Assembly: GCF_009914755.1 (NCBI RefSeq)
Contig: NC_060937.1
Direction: 5' to 3' (one strand)
DNA: 64,000 nt
From: the human T2T-CHM13v2.0 reference genome, Homo sapiens
The position numbers were made by a program, and so were the translations under genes. Below the pieces are notes generated by a model that saw only the letters and a program-made list of their open reading frames with translations, made no database searches and was not told the origin of the DNA. Shown in pieces: positions 54,013 to 64,000 of this stretch; the stretch's first letter is position 1, and each line of letters starts with the position of its first letter.

Positions 54013-56029
54013 TTTCCCACTATAGCTTTTTCACATATTATACTAAAATTGGAGATTGCATAAAAAACAGAAATGAATTATTTAATCAGCTCAGGCCATT
54101 TAGTTCTTACGTAAGTCTGTCTAAACTACTAAAGACTAAATATGGAAATAGTTTTCTCTTTCAAGTAGGATGCAGTCAATAAAATACTAACTTTAAAAAT
54201 TATGTCATTTTATAAAACGTCAATATGTTTATGACAATACTACTCTATATTTGCACAGTAGCTACTTCTTGTACATCTTTAAATTTTTATTAATGTTAAA
54301 TGCTTTTCATATTTTGCCTTTTTTTATTTTGTTTTAAGAGTTAGTGATATAGAGAACTATGGTGATGATTGTGTTGTGTATGTAGTCAGTAAACTTGAAT
54401 TTTTGGTATTAAAATAGTAATGTGTTAATGATGTTGCTTCAGTTAAAATATTTTTACCTACATTTTTTCTTCAAAATATATACAAAGCTTATGCTATGTA
54501 ACAATTATGTTTCTCTTTTTATAACATGTAAAAATACCCTACTGACCTGATTGTATTTAAAATCTTCTAATGAGTCATTCTCCATCCTGCCTCAGTTCTA
54601 TTACCTTTCAGTGTACTCCAGCAGAATTTTAATTTCCAGTATGGGTTATTTTGTTTCTGAAGTATATAAAATTTTAACTTCCAGGATAGTAATTTTGTTC
54701 CCTTTTCCCAGAAGTAATGAAAACTGCTTTACTCTAGTCTCTTGCAAGTCTGAAAATAATTACAATCCCCACTCTACCCCAATCAGGAGGAGCCACTGTC
54801 AAAAAAAAAAAAAAAAAAAAAAAAAAAGCAAAAACAAACAAAAAAAACTGGTAGATTTTTTTTCGTTTTAAGAAACTTGATCATCAGACATTCAAAAAAT
54901 ATTTAAGGAACAAGTACATGTCAGTATTTCTGTAACCATTACATTTCGACTGTTATAAACTTTCTTTGATTATCAGCTTTCATATCTCTAATGAAGAATT
55001 GAATATGATATCTTTATCCTGGTTCTATATATTAAGTGTTGAATAATGAGAGTAGCTTTCCCCTATCACATAAAGTTCACTGCAATTTATCTTTTCAAAG
55101 TTAAATATCTAGGAAAGTACTTCTTACCCAAAAAACTACAACTAAATTTGGCAGTAATCTATTTATTTCTGGCTTTTTTTCTTTCTCAAGAACAAAAGCC
55201 ATGGGAGAGCTTTATTACTTCCTTCAAAAATGAAATTGCTTGCTAAATTGCTCTTTAGGCACTAAGTCAAAAGTCTTTTAGATATGAATTATGTGAAAAA
55301 CATAAGAGCTTTCCTGAAAATCACATGAATATGGTGAGCATTTTTATAAAAGAATGCTTGTGATTAATAAAAGAAAGTGAATTCTCTCCTTGACAATTTA
55401 ATCATCTTGGTTGTCCAGTAAGCCTAATATTTGTCAAACATATGTTCGAATTATGAATAATTTAGGTGATTAAACAAATTCAGATTCAAAGATAAATTTA
55501 GTAGTATTATATTCATAAGTGATTAAATAAATTTACAAATTGTGATGCTGAATATAAATCACAAATTAATGAGCTATGTTAAATCTTCAGGTGTGTGTAT
55601 CTGCTTGCACAAACCTGTATCATGCTTTTGCATTGGTCAGGCTCAGTTAATTCTTTATATAAATATTGGGTATTTTCTTAATTTGGGAAAGGCCAAATCA
55701 TTGTGAATATGTTCATGTTTTCTTAGATATGAAATGCTCTTGAAAAGGAATCTTCCAAATAATTGAATTTTGAACCATTATTCACAGAAACACATTTTAG
55801 GAACACATTTAGCTATTTTGGGGCAATAGAACTGTGTGGCTTAGAAGTATCAGTTGACAACATCCAGCAATTTTCAGCACCCCACACATTTCCTTAGCTA
55901 TTTGGCAAGAACAGAAAGAAGCATTAAATAGACATGAGATAAAAATGAAAGCAAGGAGAGAAAAATAAGAATAAAAATGGAATGTATTACAATAATTTCC
56001 TTCTGAATATGATGCTTAATTTGTTAGGG

Positions 56030-56178
56030 AAGCACCTCTGAGATTTTAATGTGTGGAGATCTTTTTAAAGAGCAGATTCTGATTCAGTGGGTCTAGGACA
56101 CAGCCTGAGCTTCTGTATTGCCAACACATTTTCAGATAATATTAATACAGCTGTTTTCTGAGCCACATTTGGAATAAT
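56030..56178. mobile_element. MER5-family hAT-Charlie relic
   Basis: 'gcagattctgattcagtgggtctagg...gcctgagcttctgtatt..caaca...ccacatttgga'. Confidence 0.7.
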
Positions 56179-57146
56179 TGTGAAGACAGGAATCGGCCTT
56201 CCTTCTGGTAACATTGATCGGAGCAATCACAGAACATGACCAAAGTCAAACCAATCAGAGAACTTTTCTGGGATTGATATACCAAAATTGAGAGAACATT
56301 CCTTCTCTCCTTGCATGTTGCTAAGCAGAGATACCGTAAGCTGACTCATTTATAGAAATGTTCCCAACAATGTAAGACATTAGGTAAGCATTAAGACACA
56401 CCAACACAACAAGATTGGAGTTGAAGAGCATTTACAGTCTTTTAACAATTAGATCCTAGATCTAGTTTTCCTAATGCCAATTTTTTTCCTTCATTTTGTC
56501 ATCTCTTCTTTAAATGAATCTTTATATAACCTTGACCACTTCTTTTGGTAAGAACAAATTTGAATAGGTAAAATGTTGTCTCTTATAACTACATAATTAA
56601 CTGGTGAATATTCCAGAATACTGAGAAGAATTTTCACCCATTTACCTTCAAGTAAAAAACAATTAAAAGCCTTTACACAAATTATGTTCACGCATATATG
56701 TAATAGTTCACAAATGTAGACACACTATGGATATAATTTAATAGTCTTGGATTACTTTTTCTGTGTCATGTCACTGACTTGGTTTATTCCTTACTGCTTG
56801 CTCTTATGCCCTCATCAGAACTATAACAAACCACAGTTGCTTTCTCTGCCCTCTCAGTATATTTTAACCATATTCATATAATCAAATAAATACTAATATA
56901 GAAATATTCATAAACATACATATACATATTTTATCAGTGACCATTGTTAACAAACTGAATATACACTTTTAATATATTAATGAAAAACACCTCTTGAATA
57001 TTTTTTCAAGTCCACTGATAGAATTCCAATAATTTACTTTAAAATTACCCATAATGTTGATGATTTATCCAGATTTTCCACTGTTGAATTTTCCTGTGTT
57101 TACTAGTCACTCTTTAATTTTTTTGCTAGTAAAAATCACACAGTGG

Positions 57147-57480
<334 letters not shown>

Positions 57481-57639
57481 TTAACAAAACCTTGCGTAGA
57501 TATTGAAAATTTTATTTCTAGAATATAAATTCACAGAACTTTCATTAAATAATAAATAACCTAGAAGAATTAAAACTTTCCATTTATGACTTTTTGTACT
57601 CAGAAGCATAAAATTACACATTAAAAACTGGGTATTTAT

Positions 57640-57722
57640 GGCCAGACACGTGTTTCACGTCTGTAATCCCAGCACTTTGGGAGGCCCAGGTGGGTGGATC
57701 ATGAGGTCAAGAGATCGAGACT
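57640..57722 (+). mobile_element. Alu 5' fragment (first ~85 nt of left arm)
   Basis: 'ggccagacacg...ctgtaatcccagcactttgggaggcccaggtgggtggatcatgaggtcaagagatcgagac' ends abruptly. Confidence 0.85.
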
Positions 57723-58824
57723 ACATAGACTTATGGGTACATAAGAATTTCCTGACAGAAAACTTCATAATTAAATAACTTCTCTTCATTTCTTTTATTG
57801 AATCTGCCCCCAAATTTGAAATAAATATGATATGAAGTGTGATGATAAATAAAATCAGAAATGAACTCAAATTTTTTCTGAATAATTGACATTTTCAGAT
57901 GCATCCTTATTTTCATACATTTCCCTATTCATGACTCTCATTTTTAACAGCTATGTAATCAATAGAAATGTCAAATTTATTTATTTCTTGCCAAATCATT
58001 AATATATCCAAATAATAAAACAATTTTGTGTTCCACTGCATTAACAAATTCATCCTTTCTTCTGTTTGCATTTAAAAGATGTATGGTGATAATAATGGCT
58101 ATGATGACAATATGGTATATGATGATACATTTGTTATTGTAACTAGTATTCCTTATTTACATCACATAATGCCTTTAGGCCTAAACCTCATTTTCTTTTC
58201 TAGTATTTGTATCAATGACTTTGTACCACACATTTATTATTCTGCATGATTTTATAATTGCTATGGTAATTTAATATTACATTGAGAAAGATAGAGAAGG
58301 AAAGTGCCACAAGTGGCCAGACATTTAACAGGCAACAGATATAAGAAAGCTCCAAAAAGGAGAATACAGAGGTACTTTATGGAAAATAATTTGCATCTCT
58401 TTAAATCAGCATTACAGAATAACCAAAAACAATATTTTGAAATACATGTAAGTGACAGATACTATATTTAGGGCAATGGTCAGTGAAAGGATAAACAATA
58501 ATTAATGATAATTTTAGAAAAGTTTAAGATGACGCTAAAAAGAAAAGCAGTAATAGACACTTTCTTCCTATTCATTAATCTCATTATATAATTGGAAAAA
58601 AATCTGAGATCCAGAATTCTAGAATTTTCTACTTGACTGTATGCAATGATATATGTAATGCAATAATATATGTGGTGGTATTTTGAAAGTATGATTTAAG
58701 ATAATCAAAGGAGTTTATTTAACAGTATTCATATTTTTGAAACATGAAGACAATTTAAAATGTCTTTTAATTCAGAACTGGTCTATCAGGATAGTATCTT
58801 ATTTGAGGTGGAGAGTTGAAATAA

Positions 58825-59191
<367 letters not shown>

Positions 59192-59689
59192 TCTTGCCAT
59201 TAATTTTTAAATTGCTTGACTGCCATTCGAACTAGCAAAGAAATTGAGGAAACCAGTAACGATCATTTATATTTTTCTCCTATTTTCTTTGTATTTCTAG
59301 TTATTTGTAAAGTATGATAATAATGATTGCTCCTTTTTTTTGTTGTTGTTTTTTGGAAATCTCAGCTCTGCCAAATTTTCTTTGATAGTCTATTCAAAAG
59401 TGTAATAACCTGCCAGAATGATTTCTATCTTATATTAATATTAAGGAATTATAAGCAGATAAAATACTTCATAAAATAATGACACAGATTTTGCCTTTAG
59501 AAATAGCAGCAAACTAATACAGTTAAAATAAAAGTATCACTTGCATTAAGGACAGAACAACTGGTATAAATATTTCTAACATTATACATGGTGTTTTCAC
59601 CTATTCACCTCCTGTTTTACAGCATTTTTAAATTCAATTTTCCAGGAATCTGTGAGTTTTTTGGTTTTCGTTGTTGTACATTATTTTCT

Positions 59690-60815
59690 TTTTTTTTTTC
59701 AAGTTTTATTTTAAGTTCAGGGGTACAAACACAGTTTTGTTACACAGGTAAACTTGTGTCATGAGGGTTGTTGTACAGATTATTTCATCACCCAGGTATT
59801 AAGCCTAGTACATATTAATTATTAGATCTGATCTCTCCCTGCTCCAACCCTCCACCCTCCAATAGACCCCAGTGTCTGTTGTTTCCCTCTATGTGTCCAT
59901 GTGTTCTCATCATTTAGCTCCCACTTATAAGTGAGAACATGTGGTTCTCACTTGGTTTTCTGTTCCTCTGTTAGTTTGCTAAAGATAATGGCCTCCAGCT
60001 CCATCCATGGACCTGCAAAGAAAATGATTTCATTCTGTTTTATGGCTGCAGAGTATTCCATGGTATACATGCATTACATTTTCATTATCCAGTCTATCAT
60101 TGATGGACACTTAAGTCCATTTCATGTCTTTACTATTGTGAATAGTGCTGCGATGAACATACACGTGCATGTGGCTTTATAATAGAATGATTTACATTCC
60201 TTTGATTATATACTCAGTAATGGTATTGCTGGGTCAAATTGTATTTCTGTCTTTAGTTCCTTGAGGAATTGCCACACTGTCCTCCATATGGCTGAATGAG
60301 TTTACACTCCCAACAACAGTGTATAAGTGTTACTTTTTCTTCACAACCTCACCAGCATTTGCTATTTTTGGACTCTTTAATAATGGCCATTCTGACCAGT
60401 GTGAGATGGTATCTTATTGTGGTTTAGATGCGCATTTCTCTAATGACCAGTGATGTTGAGCTTTTTTTCATATGAGTGTTGGCTGCATGTATGTCTTCTT
60501 TTGAAAAGTGTACGTTCATTTCCATTGCCCACTTTTAAATGGGGTTGTTTATTTTTCTCTTGTAAATGTATTTAAGTTTCTTATAGATGCTGGATATTAG
60601 ACTTTTGTCAGATGCACAGTTTGCAAAATTTTCTGCCATTCTGTAGGTTGTTTCCTTTGTTGATAGTTTCTTTTGCTGTGCAGAAGCTTAGTTTAATTAG
60701 ATCCCATTTGTCAATTTTTTATTTTGTTGCATTACTTTTGGTGTCTTTGTCATAAAATGTTTTCCTTGCCTAGGCTGTCTTCCAGGATTTTTATAGTTTG
60801 GGGCTTTACATAACT
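59690..60815 (-). mobile_element. L1PA (about PA10-13) 5'-truncated LINE-1
   Basis: 'ttttattttaagttcaggggtaca...gtacagattatttcatcacccaggtattaagcctagtac' 3' UTR followed by ORF2 C-terminal sequence. Confidence 0.9.
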
Positions 60816-61029
60816 TTTTGCTAGGTAACATCCCTTTGATACTTACAAGCAATAAGAGGATTTTCTTTGAAAGCCTTGTCAGATTGGTGAATGGTTTTGT
60901 TTTCGGTTTATAAAATGAATCGCTCCTGGTAGTTTGTGCAATCTAAATACTTCCTGGTATTTTCTGCATTTTAGCGGTGTTTGAACATGAAGCAGGATCT
61001 GAATAACATTCATTGTTAAGCAGGGACAA

Positions 61030-61095
61030 TCACATACATGCACACATACACATACACATGCAAACACACATATTCACACATCCATACATTCACAC
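61030..61095. repeat. Imperfect (CA/CATA)n repeat
   Basis: Read directly. Confidence 0.75.
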
Positions 61096-61674
61096 CTGTG
61101 TTTTGCAGTAAAATCATTGTTTAAATGGTCCAGTATGACCAGATAGTAGCTGATATTCTGTGAGGATAAACATAAGCTATCATTTCTGGTGGATAAAGGG
61201 AAATTGTTTTTTTTTTTTTTTTTGGACTTTACAATGAGGAAAATCTCCCAAATATTGTATTAATTCTTACTACCTTTACCAAGGGGATAATATCCAAGTG
61301 CAGCTCTTAAAGAAGAGCCAAGGCAGGTCTTATATCAATGTTTAGTTTAAAGGTAATATCTGGCCTATTCAGCATAATAGCTAAGCCTTAATGATCTTTG
61401 TAACTCTTCCTTTATGATATTACAATGTTTTCCAGTCATCCTACACAAAAATATTTAATTCTCAAAGGACACAATGCACTCTCCAAACTGCCTTAGCTAA
61501 TGAAGTTCCTTGTATCTTTAAAATCCATCTCTTCCCTCACTTATTCATTTTCAAAGAAGAAAACTTGAATTTCACTTACCAGCATTATCTCAAACAAAAT
61601 TAAATGATGTTTAACTAGTATTTGGTTATCCCTCAGCACTAGTCATAGTAGCATGTTTTTTTTTCGGTTTGTGG

Positions 61675-61713
61675 AAACAAACAAACAAACAAACAAAAAC
61701 AAACAAACAAAAA
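61675..61713. repeat. (AAAC)n microsatellite
   Basis: aaacaaacaaacaaacaaacaaaaacaaacaaac read directly. Confidence 0.88.
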
Positions 61714-62374
61714 ACACTGTTTGGGGACCCGAAGGAAGGGATGGGTGAAGACATACTGAATACTCACATTTTCTGGAACTATTGGTAAGGTAAGAGGATG
61801 TGAGCCAGACACTGCGTGAAATACGTAGGATCACAATTTCTAAAGTAGTAAAAAAGGCTAACATATTTAGAGTCCAATTAGTGGCATTTAATTGTGGGGT
61901 ATGAGCTGAGTCAACAAGAACAGCTGAAAAAACTAGTCCATTGAAGAAACGTCATAGCTAATCCAATAAAATTCCATGCTACTGATTAATTAACTTTGAT
62001 AGGACTCATTGATTTTTCTCCCTTGGAAATACAAATTGGACCAAATATCTATGATTGAGATAAATATTAATAATAATATGCATTTTTGCAAAGGAGAATG
62101 CCTACAAATGGCTCCAACTCAGATTAAAAAATGTAACAAATAGCTGGTAATTATGAAAAATAGAGAAGTTATGAGAAGGCTGCTTTTATTTAAAACAAGT
62201 GTATTAGAAATACTTATTATTTAATGAAATTGCTGTATTTGTTGGTGTCTAATTTCTAATATGCAGCCAATGGAAAGATAATGTTTAGGGCACTGTTGTT
62301 GTCCATGTGTCATCTTAAATATGTGGTATTTTCATTGTATTAATTGCAATGTTTTGACAATTAAACAATGTATC

Positions 62375-64000
62375 TTTTTTCTTTTTTTTATTATACTTTA
62401 AGTTCTAGGGTACATGTACACAATGTGCAGGTTCGTTACATAGGTATACATGTGCCATGTTGGTTTGATGTACCCATCAACTCATCATTTACATTAGGTA
62501 TTTCTCCTAATGCTATCCCTCCCCCAGCCCCCCAACCCCTGACAGACCGGAGTGTGTGATGTTCCACGCCCTGTGTCCAAGTGTTCTCATTTTTCAATTC
62601 CCCACTATAAGTGAGAACATGCAGTGTTTGGTTTTCTGTTCTTGTGATAGTTTGCTGAGAATGATGGTTTCCAGCTTCATCCATGTCCCTGCAAAGGACA
62701 TGAACTCATCCTTTTTTGTAGCTGCATAGTATTCCATGGTGTGTATGTGCCACGTTTTCTTAATCCAGTCTATCATTGATGGACATTTGTGTTGGTTCCA
62801 AGTCTTTGCTATTGTGAATATTGCCACAATAAACATATGTGTGCATGTGTCTTTATAGTACCATGATTTATAATCCTTTGGGTATATATCCAGTAATGGA
62901 TATTACTGGGGTCAAATGGTATTTCTAGTTCTAGATCCTTGAGGAATAGCCACGCTGTCTTCCACAATGGATGAAATAATTTACACTCCCTGCAATAGTG
63001 TAAAAGCGTTCCTATTTCTCCACATCATCTGTTGTTTCCTGACATTTTAATGATTACCATTCTAACTGGTGTGAGATGGTATCTCATTGTGGTTTTGATT
63101 TGCATCTCTCTGATTACCAGTGATGATGAGCATTTTTTCATGTGTCTGTTGGCTGCATAAACGTCTTCTTTTGAGAAGTGTCTGTTCATATCCTTTGCCC
63201 ATTTTTTGATGGGATTGTTGTTGTTGTTTTTTTTTCTTGTAAATTTGTTTAAGTTCTTTGTAGATTCTGGATATTAGCCCTTTGTCAAATGGGAGATTGC
63301 AAAAATTTTCTCCCATTCTGTAGGTTGACTGTTCACTGTTAATGGTAGTTTCTTTTGCTGTGAAGAAGCTCTTTAGTTTAATTAGATCCTGTTTGTCAAT
63401 TTTGGCTTTTGTTCCATTGCTTTTGGTGTTTTAGTCATGAATTATTTGTCCATGCCTATGTCCTGAATGGTATTGCCTAGGTTTTCTTTTAGGGTTTTTA
63501 TGGTTTTAGGTCTAACGTTTAAGTCTTTAATCAATCTTGAATTAATTTTCGTATAAGGTGTAAGGAAGGGATCCAGTTTCAGCTTTCTACATATGGCGAG
63601 ACAGTTTTCCCAGCACGATTTATTATATAGGAAATCCTTTCGCCATTTTTTGTTTTTGTCAGGTTGGTCAAAGATCAGATGGTTGTAGATATGAGGTGTT
63701 ATTTCTGAGGCCTCTGTTCTGTTCCATTGCTCTGTATATCTGTTTTGGTACCAGTACTATGGTGTTTTAGTTACTGTAGCCTTGTAATATAGTTTGAAGT
63801 CAGGTAGAGTGATGTTTCCTGCTTTGTTCTTTTTGCTTAGGATTGTCTTGGCTATGCGGGCTCTTTTTTGATTCCATATGAACTTTAAAGTAGTTTTTCC
63901 CAATTCTGTGAAGAAAGTCATTGGTAGCTTGATGGGGATGGCATTGAATCTATAAGTTACCTTGGGCATTATAGCCATATTCAAGATATTGATTCTTCCT
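62375..64000 (-). mobile_element. L1PA6/7-like LINE-1 (3' end; continues beyond window)
   Basis: 'ttattatactttaagttctagggtacatgt...tttacattaggtatttctcctaatgctatccctccccc'. ORF2 fragments [18 protein letters not shown]...[17 protein letters not shown] and MSFAGTWMKLETIILSKLSQEQKTKH. Confidence 0.94.

Overview
This is AT-rich, repeat-dense primate (very probably human) intergenic or intronic DNA, with no intact protein-coding gene, RNA gene or CpG island that I can support. It is a layered mosaic of old and mid-age LINE-1 fragments, about nine Alus, MaLR and ERV1 solo LTRs (THE1 x2, MST/MLT1, MER4, MER67), L2 and MIR relics, small DNA-transposon relics (MADE1, MER5) and microsatellites. The one gene-derived feature is a processed GRPEL2 pseudogene fragment on the minus strand (~18404-18847). 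It is atypical: it keeps the 5' end of the CDS, lacks the 3' end and poly(A), and lies between ~17-bp direct repeats. The most unexplained sequence is a ~390-bp non-L1 insert inside an old L1 ORF2 (~9143-9535) that contains a clean 90-nt AG...GT exon-like segment. Nearly all ORFs in the supplied track are repeat-derived or chance ORFs. I see no evidence for a new multi-gene system. Repeat family names come from recalled consensus sequences, not a RepeatMasker/Dfam run, so subfamily calls and the boundaries of old elements are approximate.
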